Of a DNA stretch of 59,587 nucleotides, positions 12,106-36,200 are shown in pieces. Position numbers and translations under genes: made by a program. How positions within the stretch are numbered: position 1 is the stretch's first letter; the number at the start of each line of letters is the position of its first letter. Source of the DNA: Macrostomum lignano (taxonomy: Eukaryota); the NCBI GenBank assembly GCA_002269645.1, contig NIVC01003623.1, forward strand, positions 1 through 59,587. Reading direction: 5' to 3'. Below the pieces are notes generated by a model. It saw only the letters and a list, made by a program, of their open reading frames with translations, searched no databases and had not been told where the DNA came from.

Positions 12106-12858
12106 CAAGACAAGCAGAGATGAGTCAACAGGGGTCAGTAATAAGAACTCAACAAAGCTCTGAGTTACCGCAATCCGGTGGAAACCGAGACATCGTGCAT
12201 CTTATATTATATTTCATGCTTCATAAAAAATAGCAAGTTTGTACTCTTAGTTTCTGGCTACATGCTGAATTAGAGAGGGCTTAAAAGGATATGCATTTAA
12301 GCAGATTTTCAGGTGACTACTACAGTACTAAGAATTCTTTGCATTAGGATAATTTCAAGAATTGTTCTGCTTCGGCAGTGGGTAACTATTTCTGGGGATA
12401 CTGGACGCTGTGTGAGCGAGGTACAACATTAAAATAATTTAAAAAACTTGGACTTCAACTACTGTCAGTAGTGCAGACAGGGCATGTCTAAAGCCAGACG
12501 AGTTCTTATCCAAACACGAATCTGAAAATTTAACAGCCAGTAACTAAGAAACCAGCTTACACAAGGAATCTGGTTAGCAACAGGACCAACACTTGAAAAT
12601 GCATTACCGAGGCAGGCGTTACGAGCGTATTAAATACTCAGTGCGTGTCTTAGTCTATGCGCTTCCATTGATTGATTGAAGCCAGGCTCACCTGATGCTG
12701 TTTGTGCTAAAAGTGAAAAAAGCCAAACTCCTAATGCATTTTAAAGCAAAGTTGGACCTTTTAAAATAGAATTCCATGTAACTGCGGTGCGTTAGTGGCT
12801 ACTAGCGTTCACTTTTCGAACTCTTTTTGGGTTGCCATTGGATGGTCGCTTCATCAAT

Positions 12859-24352
<11,494 letters not shown>

Positions 24353-25304
24353 GTGACCGGCAGCCTGAAAGCTGCAAGCTGTGCGAGAAAAACACAAGTG
24401 AAAGCGAAAATTTGAGCAAATTCTACAAGATTCTTATACGCAGTCAGCCGGGCAATATTCAGTTCGACTGCTCAAAAAAAATCTTTTTGAGCTGAGGACG
24501 CTGCTGCAATATAAGTAGTCCTTGGCGCTCAGCTGCAGCAGCTGCGCACAGCAAATGCTCGGGTCTGTTCTATCTATCCGCCTCTTCGAATTCCCTAAGC
24601 GGCTGTCATGGAGACCGGGGCTGCTGTGATTAAGAAAAAGGCTCCCCAGCTGCCAAGGCACAGGGGATGAGCTGGTTAAAATCGAGCCGCAGAATTCCTG
24701 CTCAACAAAAAATAATGCGCAGTGGAGAAGCACAGGTGGAACTCGAGAGAAATCCTAATTTAGGCCTGCGCCCGTCTTTATCAGCCTCAGCCTCCGCACT
24801 AGCCTCATCACCTCGAGTGCGGGATTTCCCAGCATCCCTTCTCTCTCTCACCTTTTCATCCTCCCTCGAGTTTCGAGGAAAGAAAGGGGTTGGAGGAGAG
24901 CGCGCGGGCACCGCATCAGCCGAGGGCCGTCAGTGTCTTCCTCTCCCTGTCTGTCTCTCTTCATCCCCCCTCTCTGCTTGCTCCTTCTCCACCCGCATCC
25001 CGGTTGCTGGGCAGTGGCGGAAGCGGCAAAACGGCTGGCCTAATGGGATTGAGCTCGGAGAGCGGCTGGCTGCACCTCATTATCCATGCCTGCCCCCCGT
25101 TCGCTTGTTAAAGGTATGCCACAGGCGCTGGCCCCGGGACTCCGAACTGATGAGGCGAAGTCCTCACACTTCCTACGGTTGCTACACGCAGTGTGTGCGC
25201 TCTGTTCTGAGCAGGCCAGGTGTTTTGCTTCTTTAGGCTATGGAATGAGCCTCAAATTTGGGCACGACTGCATTTTGGGATTAAATGAGTTCAACCGAGT
25301 CCCT

Positions 25305-27095
25305 CCATATCCGCTGTCTCCCTTTTTACATCCGCTGTCTTCCTCTCTATATCCGTTGTCTCCCTTTTTACATCCGCTGTCTTCCTCTCTATATCCGTTG
25401 TCTCCCTCTCTATATCCGCTGTCTCCCTCTTTATATACGCTGTCTCCCCTTGCCACATCCGCTGTCTCCCTTACTCTACGTCCGCTGTCTCCCTCTACAT
25501 CCGCTGTCTCCCTTAGTCTACATCCGCTGTCTCCCTTAGTCTACATCCGCTGTCTCCCTTAGTCTACATCCGCTGTCTCCCTTAGTCTACATCCGCTGTC
25601 TTCCTTAGTCTACATCCACTGTCTTCCTTAGTCTACATCCGCTGTCTCCCTTAGTCTACATCCGCTGTCTCCCTTAGTCTACATCCGCTGTCTCCCTTAG
25701 TCTACATCCGCTGTCTCCTTCTACATCCGCTGTCTCCCTTAGTCTACATCCGCTGTCTCCCTTAGTCTACATCCGCTGTCTCCCTCTACATCCGCTGTCT
25801 CCCTCTACATCCGCTGTCTCCCTTAGTCTAAATCCGCTGTCTCCCTTAGTCTACATCCGCTGTCTCCCTTAGTCTACATCCGCTGTCTCCCTTAGTCTAC
25901 ATCCGCTGTCTCCCTTAGTCTACATCCGCTGTCTCCCTTAGTCTACATCCGCTGTCTCCCTTAGTCTACATCCGCTGTCTCCCTTAGTCTACATCCGCTG
26001 TCTCCCTTAGTCTACATCCGCTGTCTCCCTTAGTCTACATCCGCTGTCTCCCTTAGTCTACATCCGCTGTCTCCCTTAGTCTACATCCGCTGTCTCCCTT
26101 AGTCTACATCCGCTGTCTCCCTTAGTCTACATCCGCTGTCTCCCTTAGTCTACATCCGCTGTCTCCCTTAGTCTACATCCGCTGTCTCCCTTAGTCTACA
26201 TCCGCTGTCTCCCTTAGTCTACATCCGCTGTCTCCCTTAGTCTACATCCGCTGTCTCCCTTAGTCTACATCCGCTGTCTCCCTTAGTCTACATCCGCTGT
26301 CTCCCTTAGTCTACATCCGCTGTCTCCCTTAGTCTACATCCGCTGTCTCCCTTAGTCTACATCCGCTGTCTCCCTTAGTCTACATCCGCTGTCTCCCTTA
26401 GACTACATCCGCTGTCTCCCTTAGTCTACATCCGCTGTCTCCCTTAGACTACATCCGCTGTCTCCCTTAGTCTACATCCGCTGTCTCCCTTAGTCTACAT
26501 CCGCTGTCTCCCTTAGTCTACATCCGCTGTCTCCCTTAGTCTACATCCGCTGTCTCCCTTAGTCTACATCCGCTGTCTCCCTCTACATCCGCTGTCTCCC
26601 TTAGTCTACATCCGCTGTCTCCCTCTACATCCGCTGTCTCCCTTAGTCTACATCCGCTGTCTCCCTCTACATCCGCTGTCTCCCTTAGTCTACATCCGCT
26701 GTCTCCCTCTACATCCGCTGTCTCCCTTAGTCTAAATCCGCTGTCTTCCTTTAGTCTACATCCGCTGTCTCCCTTAGTCTACATCCGCTGTCTCCCTTAG
26801 TCTACATCCGCTGTCTCCCTTAGTCTACATCCGCTGTCTCCCTTAGTCTACATCCGCTGTCTCCCTTAGTCTACATCCGCTGTCTCCCTTAGTCTACATC
26901 CGCTGTCTCCCTTAGTCTACATCCGCTGTCTCCCTTAGTCTACATCCGCTGTCTCCCTTAGTCTACATCCGCTGTCTCCCTTAGTCTACATCCGCTGTCT
27001 CCCTTAGTCTACATCCGCTGTCTCCCTTAGTCTAAATCCGCTGTCTTCCTTTAGTCTACATCCGATATCTTCCTTCGTCTACATCCGCTGTCTCC
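25305..27095. repeat. 23-bp minisatellite (CTACATCCGCTGTCTCCCTTAGT), about 78 units
   Basis: Highly homogeneous core with 19-bp deletion variants. Confidence 0.98.
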
Positions 27096-27764
27096 CCTCA
27101 GCAATCCGCTTGCAAACCCCCCGGGCTCAAAGTCCATCACGAAATCGGGCTTCAACAGAAATTCACGCAGTCCGAACGAATTCCGCTTGATCTGCGCGGG
27201 TAAAGAAAAACGGCCAGAAGCATCCGAAAAGCACCTTTTTGTCTCTCTATAGAGCTAATGAAGGAAAGCTCTACTCGACCGCCCGCCTCTCCCGCTAATG
27301 GGGCTTCAAAGAATTAGCGTCGGTCAGCCCTTGTAGCAAAACTGCAGTACCGGTTTCCCATAGCGCCAGTGTTTTCTTCGTTGCCAAGGCAACAGCCAGA
27401 CCCTCATGCAGTCGCTGCCCTACGCGGACAGTGATTGCCCAGTAGCCTAACAAAGCCGTCATTAATTTCGATTCGACCATTTTTAGGTAAGCTTTCGAGA
27501 AGTCACTAGTTCGTGCGCCGGCAAAGGCGTGGGCAAAGCGTGTTTGACAACTGGTTTTGAGTTCTGTCACCAACCAGCATAGTGCGACAGTTGGTGCTTA
27601 ACGGATATGGCTAACTTGTCTAAACTCGTGACGTACATACAGGTATGCTAGTATGCAAGAGAACATCCTTAATTTCTTTGAAAGTGCAAATATGCTTCTT
27701 TCTTAAGTATATTTTAGGCTGCATGTACATTAATGGACTATATTGAGGAATCCATACTATATTT

Positions 27765-28060
27765 TAGGCTACAACGACTGCATTTTAGGCTATAAATACT
27801 TCATTTAAGGCTACAAAGACTGCATATTAAGCTACAAAGACTGCATTTTGAATACTACAAAGACTGCATAATTAGGCTACAAATACTGCATTTTTACTAC
27901 AGAGAGTGCATATTAGGCTACGAGTGCATATTAGGCTACAAAGACTGCATCTTGAATACGCTCGTACTACAAAGACTGCATATTAGGCTACAAAGACGGC
28001 ATATTAGGCTATAAAGAAGGCATATTAGGCTAAAAAGACTAATTTAGATTACAAAGGCTA
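27765..28060. repeat. Degenerate 21-bp repeat (AGGCTACAAAGACTGCATATT)
   Basis: Recurring ggctacaaagactgcat. Confidence 0.85.
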
Positions 28061-28671
28061 CATACTAGGTTACACTAAATGACACTAAGTGCCACAGTAG
28101 TGGTTTATATAGACCCCAGATTTGGCACTATTGGACCTCAGATAAGGCACTTACTTGGCCTAATTTTTTTGAGTGTACATTGACTATATGGGGGCAAAGA
28201 CAGCATCTGCTTTACAAAAGACAGTTTTGCTAGACGTACACGTAGCAACGGTGGGAAAGGAAGTCAGTTGCACTGGACAAGCAGCTGAAAAATGAGAAGT
28301 AATCTCGGGCTTTATATTCGTCTCCAGCCAAAGAGGAAATTGGATTTCCTAGCTTTGTCAGTGAACTTGAAGTCGAGCTGTCAACAGCAGCCTGAAATCT
28401 CATCGCGTAGGCCACATGATTTACAACTGAAGATAGATAGACAAGATCGAGATCTGCGGCCTCGCGGTTTTAACAAATCAGATGTCGTGAATGTAAAAAT
28501 TGCCTGTAGAAAGCTTTCAGTTGCAAGTCAGTGCATCATGTGCGAGATGAAGTTCCCGATAAGTATGTTAGCTGAGTCACATTGACTCAAGTGCTTCATA
28601 CATGCACGCTTTATTCTGAGTTATTTATAGTCAAAAGTTCATTATTGAATTTTCACTGGTTGGAATTGCCA

Positions 28672-29245
28672 GCTGAAGGTCTGTCAGCTGGAGGCCTGTC
28701 AGCTGAAGGTCTGTCAGCTGGAGGCCTGTCAGCTGGAGGCCTGTCAGCTGGAGGTCTGTCAGCTGGAGGCCTGTCAGCTGGAGGTCTGTCAGCTGGAGGC
28801 CTGTCAACTGGAGGCCTGTCAGTTGGAGGTCTGTCAGCTGGAGGCCTGTCAGCTGGAGGTCTGTCAGCTGAAGGTCTGTCAGCTGGAGGCCTGTCAGCTG
28901 GAGGCCTGTCAGTTGGAGGCCTGTCAGTTGGAGGTCTGTCAGCTGGAGGCCTGTCAGTTAAAGGCCTGTCAGCTGGAGGCCTGTCAGTTGGAGGTCTGTC
29001 AGCTGGAGGCCTGTCAGCTGAAGGTCTGTCAGCTGGAGGCCTGTCAGCTGAAGGTCTGTCAGCTGAAGGCCTGTCAGTTAAAGGCCTGTCAGCTGGAGGC
29101 CTGTCAGTTAAAGGCCTGTCAGCTAAAGCCTGTCAGTTAAAGGCCTGTCAGCTGGAGGCCTGTCAGTTAAAGGCCTGTCAGCTAAAGCCTGTCAGCTGGA
29201 GGCCTGTCAGCTGGAGGCCTGTCAGCTGGAGGCCTGTCAGCTGGT
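28672..29245. repeat. 15-bp minisatellite (CTGTCAGCTGGAGGC), about 38 units
   Basis: 5-aa periodic ORFs (GLSAG). Confidence 0.96.
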
Positions 29246-29875
29246 CTGTCAAGTGCCTGTTGTACAAGATGGGAGAAGCCATCGGCAATAGAAACTGAGC
29301 AAGCCAGTAAAATGCCAAGTCTGCAGGACCATCAGTCCTCTTTCGGCACGCAGCATATTCTCGTAGCCCAGTTATTCATAAAATGTGTAAGCGAGCAATA
29401 TATTAAAGGACATTAAAACTTCCTATACTACTAATCAGATTCAAAAAACAGTACAGAAAGTAAAGTAAACAATTGATAAACTAAGAATTGGCAGCAGACA
29501 AAGCAAGCGAGTGAGACATCGGAGGGTGCCCAGATCAGATAGAAGCGAGTGCACACGGCAAGCAGTTATTAAATATTGATAGGAAATCGCATAAGAAAAT
29601 AATAAACTCGCTCTGCTGATAGAAAATCGCAAAAAGATACCCGCAATCGTAAAGTCATAATCAATTCGAGATAGAAAAAATAATTATAATTACAAAATCG
29701 CACAGCTTGACTTTTGATCTACTCTTAGTAGTACAATAAGTGTATAGCATACAAAATTGTATTAGAATGAATCAATTATAGAAAACTGAAGTACTGAACA
29801 AAAGCTGCTACATCTGTAAGTAATATTATATTGTAAACACATAATATTTATATATGCATAAGTCCATAAAGGTAC

Positions 29876-30245
29876 GCTGGTCTGCTGCGCGCCGCCTTCA
29901 ACATCGGCGTCGAGCGAGTCACCAACGCGGCACTCTATCGCCGCGCTGGCCTGCCACGTCCAAGTGATCTACTGCGCCGTCGGCGACTCCAGCTCGCAGG
30001 CCATCTCATCCGCGCCGAGTCGTACTGCCCACAGCCGGTGCAGGAGGTGCTGCTGCTCACGCTGCAGGCACCCTACCGGCGAGGTCAAGCGCGAACTCGG
30101 CGTTATGTCGACTGTCTGCTGGCTGACGCCGGCGCCCCGGACACTGCCGGTGGCGCGGCCTTTGTTCGCGCCCAAGCCATGAAGCGCGCCCTGTGACGCT
30201 GACTTTTACCATCATGACAGCGTATTTTGTTGTTGTTGTTGTTGT
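29876..30245 (+). mobile_element. 5'-truncated RTE-like non-LTR retrotransposon (370 bp) with a 10-bp TSD
   Basis: Encodes LLRAAFNIGVERVTNAALYRRAG...RRRRLQLAGHLIR...MKRAL-stop and has a (TTG)n tail. ATAAAGGTAC is duplicated at 29866-29875 and 30246-30255. Same family as 43885-44560. Confidence 0.9.
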
Positions 30246-30506
30246 ATAAAGGTACATAGCACAATAAACAGATTATAAACAGACGACAAAAGCTTGATAA
30301 GTATAGTTCATAATTTAAAACTGTTGCGGCGCAGGAGGAATTCGAGGAAAATTGTTGTAAAATTTTTACTTTTAGTGTAAAATATTGTTTGAGACCCGAG
30401 CTTGCAAGAGACGGGGATCAGCCGCTTAAAGAGAATCAAAGAAATTGCTGGCAATGTGTAGCAAAAATACAGCGATCGAATACGGTCCTTAGGAGACGGA
30501 GCAGAT

Positions 30507-33025
30507 ATGAATATCAATGTGTCAATTTTTATATCAATGTGTCAATTCTTATATCAATGTGTCAATTCTTATATCAGTGTGTCAATTCTTATATCAATGT
30601 GTCAATTCTTATATCAATGTGTCAATTCTTATATCAATGTGTCAATTCTTATATCAATGTGTCAATTATTATATCAGTGTGTCAATTCTTATATCAATGT
30701 GTCAATTCTTATATCAGTGTGTAAATTCTTATATCAGTGTGTCAATTCTTATATCAATGTGTCAATTCTTATATCAATATGTCAATTCTTATATCAATGT
30801 GCCAATTCTTATATCAGTGTGTAAATTCTTATATCAATGTGTCAATTCTTATATCAGTGTGTCAATTCTTATATCAATGTGTCAATTCTTATATCAGTGT
30901 GTAAATTCTTATATCAATGTGTCAAATTCTTATATCAGTGTGTAAATTCTTATATCAGTGTGTCAATTCTTATATCAATGTGTCAATTCTTATATCAATA
31001 TGTCAATTCTTATATCAATGTGCCAATTCTTATATCAGTGTGTAAATTCTTATATCAATGTGTCAATTCTTATATCAGTGTGTAAATTCTTATATCAATG
31101 TGTCAAATTCTTATATCAGTGTGTCAATTCTTATATCAATGTGTCAATTCTTATATCAGTGTGTAAATTCTTATATCAATGTGTCAAATTCTTATATCAG
31201 TGTGTCAATTCTTATATCAATGTGTCAATTCTTATATCAGTGTGTAAATTCTTATATCAATGTGTAAATTCTTATATCAATATGTCAATTCTTATATCAA
31301 TGTGCCAATTCTTATATCAGTGTGTAAATTCTTATATCAGTGTGTCAATTCTTATATCAATGTGTAAATTCTTATATCAATGTGTCAAATTCTTATATCA
31401 GTGTGTCAATTCTTATATCAATGTGTCAATTCTTATATCAGTGTGTAAATTCTTATATCAGTGTGTCAATTCTTATATCAATGTGTCAATTCTTATATCA
31501 GTGTGTAAATTCTTATATCAGTGTGTAAATTCTTATATCAATATGTCAATTCTTATATCAATGTGCCAATTCTTATATCAGTGTGTCAATTCTTATATCA
31601 ATGTGTCAATTCTTATATCAATGTGTCAATTCTTATATCAATGTGTCAATTCTTATATCAATGTGTCAATTCTTATATCAGTGTGTAAATTCTTATATCA
31701 GTGTGTAAATTCTTATATCAATGTGTCAATTCTTATATCAATGTGTCAATTCTTATATCAGTGTGTAAATTCTTATATCAATGTGTCAATTCTTATATCA
31801 GTGTGTAAATTCTTATATCAATGTGTCAATTCTTATATCAGTGTGTAAATTCTTATATCAATATGTCAATTCTTATATCAGTGTGTAAATTCTTATATCA
31901 ATATGTCAATTCTTATATCAATGTGTCAATTCTTATATCAATGTGTCAATTCTTATATCAGTGTGTAAATTCTTATATCAGTGTGTAAATTCTTATATCA
32001 ATGTGTCAATTCTTATATCAATGTGTCAATTCTTATATCAGTGTGTAAATTCTTATATCAATGTGTAAATTCTTATATCAATGTGTAAATTCTTATATCA
32101 GTGTGTAAATTCTTATATCAATGTGTCAATTCTTATATCAGTGTGTAAATTCTTATATCAATGTGTCAAATTCTTATATCAATGTGTAAATTCTTATATC
32201 AGTGTGTAAATTCTTATATCAATGTGTCAATTCTTATATCAGTGTGTAAATTCTTATATCAATGTGTCAATTCTTATATCAATATGTCAATTCTTATATC
32301 AATGTGCCAATTCTTATATCAGTGTGTAAATTCTTATATCAATGTGTCAATTCTTATATCAGTGTGTAAATTTTTATATCAATGTGTCAATTCTTATATC
32401 AGTGTGTAAATTCTTATATCAATGTGTCAAATTCTTATATCAGTGTGTCAATTCTTATATCAATGTGTCAATTCTTATATCAATGTGCCAATTCTTATAT
32501 CAGTGTGTAAATTCTTATATCAATGTGTCAAATTCTTATATCAGTGTGTCAATTTTTATATCAATGTGTCAATTCTTATATCAGTGTGTAAATTCTTATA
32601 TCAATGTGTCAAATTCTTATATCAGTGTGTCAATTCTTATATCAATGTGTAAATTCTTATATCAGTGTGTAAATTCTTATATCAATATGTCAATTCTTAT
32701 ATCAATGTGCCAATTCTTATATCAGTGTGTAAATTCTTATATCAATGTGTAAATTCTTATATCAGTGTGTAAATTCTTATATCAATGTGTAAATTCTTAT
32801 ATCAGTGTGTCAATTCTTATATCAATGTGTAAATTCTTATATCAGTGTGTCAATTCTTATATCAATGTGTCAATTCTTATATCAGTGTGTCAATTCTTAT
32901 ATCAATGTGTCAAATTCTTATATCAGGGTGTCAATGCTTTTATCAATGCGTCAATGCTTTTATCAATGTGTCAATGCTTTAATCAATGTGTCAATTCTTA
33001 TATCAATGTGTCAATGCTTTTATCA
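30507..33025. repeat. 20-bp AT-rich minisatellite (AATTCTTATATCAATGTGTC), about 125 units
   Basis: Clear 20/21-bp period. Confidence 0.98.
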
Positions 33026-33266
33026 ATGAGCTATAAACTCTGACATAAATGTGGCATCAAGTCTAACATCAATGTGCCATCAACTCTGAAACCAATGTGA
33101 CGGACATTGAAACATAAATGGATCAATTTGAAAATTCCAACTGCAAATCTCCAAGCGCCGTAGAAGCAAGACTAAGCGATAAAAATATCGTCCACAAAAG
33201 TACAAACCAACCTCAATTAGTCAGAAATGAGAAACAACAACAGATCAACAGTTATAATCCTAGTCA

Positions 33267-36200
33267 TCATTCTTCTTTGCCATTTGAGTAGACGTACTTG
33301 GCGAACTTCTTGAGCATGAGGCCGAACCAGTAGAGCTGCATGGAGATCAGAGCCAGCATGCCGATATTGCAGCGCAGCGGCAGCAGGCCAAACACCCGGA
33401 CAACCGGCACGCCTCTGTACTGGGCGTACGCGTAATAAATATAGAACAGCACCACTATGCGCGACAGGAAGAAGGTTATCACCATGACAACACCGTTCCA
33501 CAGGTACTGCGGCAGGCTGGTCATGCCGAGCTGCGGGTGGGGAGAGGTGACTCATCCTATTGGTCATTGCTTTAGACAGAGTCAATACAGCATGCTAATT
33601 CAGCTTTACATATATAATGCTTGAATTAAATAGCCCCCGCAAGAGCCCCTCTGTAGCTGGCGCCCCTTTGTATCTGGCGCCCTCTCTGTATCTGGCGCCC
33701 CCTCTGTAGCTGGCGCCTCCTCTGTAGCTGGCGCCCCCTCAGTAGCTGGCGCCCCCTCAGTAGCTGGCGCCCTCTCTGTAGCTGGCGCCCCCTCTGTAGC
33801 TGATGCCTCCACTGCAGCTGGCGCCCCCTCTGTAGCTGGCGCCCCCTCTGTATCTGGCGCCCTCTCTGTAGCTGGCGCCCCCTCTGTAGCTGGCGCCACC
33901 TCTGTAGCTGGCGCCCCCTCTGTAGCTGGCGCCCTCTCTGTAGCTGGCGCCCCCTCTGTAGCTGGCGCCACCTCTGTAGCTGGCGCCACCTCTGTAGCTG
34001 GCGCCCCCTCTGTAGCTGGCGCCACCTCTGTAGCTGGCGCCCCCACTGCAGCTGGCGCCTCCCTCTGTAGCTGACGCTCTTTAACCAGGAACACCCTCGC
34101 GGGCAAATCTCGACAAGCCACAATCTTCTTTTTTCCTAAACAGTTACGCGCACAGATCCATGAAGCAATGACAGATACGAAATATAAGTTTCCTACCTTA
34201 GCACTACCAAGGTTTCTAGGCCAGATAATAAAATATTTTAAATTAAACAACCGGAGCAGCGCTGCTCACCCTGTACATGATGTGCCGGATCTGAATGAAG
34301 GGCACAGTCAGTTCAGCTAGAAAGAAGCAGCCAACAAGGAAGTCGCATTTGCCGTTGCGGAACCACTGCGGATATGGGTTAGGGACGAGGGTATTAGCTC
34401 GTTCGACTAAGTTCGACCAGGGACTACTGACTGAGCTTGACCAGGGACTACTGACTGAGGTCGGCCAAGGGAATACTGACTGAGCTCGACCAGGGACTAC
34501 TGACTAAGCTCGACTAGGGACTACTGCAGGCGCGTCGCCACCGGGGGGACAGGGGGGACATGCCTCCCCCCCCATTAAAAGCTCTGGGGGGACATGCCAA
34601 TGCTTTGTCCCCCACCCCACCTTGTGGTAATCAGTAATTTTTCTACAGGGCGCCAAATTATAGCGCCTTCGGCGCCCAAATGACTGTCTGCGGCGCTAAA
34701 ATGAGTGCCTGTGGCGCTAAAATGAGTGCCTGTGGCGCTAAAATGAGTGCCTGTGGCGCTAAAATGAGTGCCTGCGGTGCTGAAATGAGTGTCTGCGATG
34801 CTGAAATGAGTGCCTGCGATGCTAAAATGAGTGCCTGCGGTGCTAAAATGAGTGCCTGCGGTGCTAAAATGAGTGCCTCCGATGCTGAAATGAGTGCCTG
34901 CGATGCTGAAATGAGTGCCTGCGATGCTAAAATGAGTGCCTGCGATGCTAAAATGAGTGCCTGCGGTGCTAAAATGAGTGCCTGCGGTGCTAAAATGAGT
35001 GCCTGCGATGCTGAAATGAGTGCCTGCGATGCTAAAATGAGTGCCTTCGGCGCTAAAATGAGTACCAAAATTTAGTCTTGTACATGTACATGTTGAATTC
35101 TTGGCTTTGTCATTAAATCTATGGCGACACCCCTGGACTACTGACTGAAATCGACCAGGGACTGTTAAACCAAACGGGACGGACACATTGCAGACAATGG
35201 ATTTGCAAATAAAAGTTAAAACAAGATATTTCCAAAGCTCAGTGAAAGTCTACAAAGCCAGCTAGCTCACCAAAAGGGTTGGATAATAAACCAGCATGAT
35301 AAGCAGGTGGTGAGTCAGCATCATTGGCTGGTTCTTCGAATAACTCCGCAGCACACGCAGCCCCCCGCGCTCGTTGGAATCCATCCCGAAGCAGTAGGGC
35401 TTCATCACCGAGTCGTAGGCGTAATAGCCGAACCCGAAGCACACCCAGAATGACACCAGCCAGAACCTGCGAATGGGGAGGGGGACTTACTTTTTGCTTT
35501 TTTATACCTTTTAACTTAGTAGGCACCCCTAATCCTCAGGTTTGAGCTGCCACACCTATACCCTAATCCTCAGGTTTGGGCTGCCACACCTATACCCTAA
35601 TCCTCAGGTTTGGGCTGCCACACCTATACCCTAATTCTCAGGTTTGGGCTGCCACACCTACCCTAACCCTCAGGTTTGGGCTGCCACACCTATACCCTAA
35701 GGTTTAGGCTGCCACACCTACCCTAATCCTCAGGTTTGGGCTGCCACACCTATACCCTAATCCTCAGGTTTAGTTGTCACACCTATACCCTAATCCTCAG
35801 GTTTGGGCTGCCACACCTATACCCTAATCCTCAGGTTTGGGCTGCCACACCTACCCTAATCCTCAGGTTTAGGCTGCCACACCTACCCTAACCCTCAGGT
35901 TTGGGCTGCCACACCTATACCCTAAGGTTTAGGCTGCCACACCTTACCCTAATCCTCAGGTTTGGGCTGCCACACCTATACCCTAATCCTCAGGTTTGGG
36001 CTGCCACACCTACCCTAATTCTCAGGTTTAGGCTGCCACACCTATACCCTAATCCTCAGGTTTGGGCTGCCACACCTACCCTAATCCTCAGGTTTGGGCT
36101 GCCACACCTACCCTAACCCTCAGGTTTGGGCTGCCACATCTACCCTAATCCTCAGGTTTGGGCTGCCACACCTACCCTAATCCTCAGGTTTGGGCTGCCA

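Noticed and set aside
25146-25170. CTGATGAGGCGAAGTCCTCA, a second hammerhead-like string
   Set aside because: It lacks the GAAA core segment and stems I/III.
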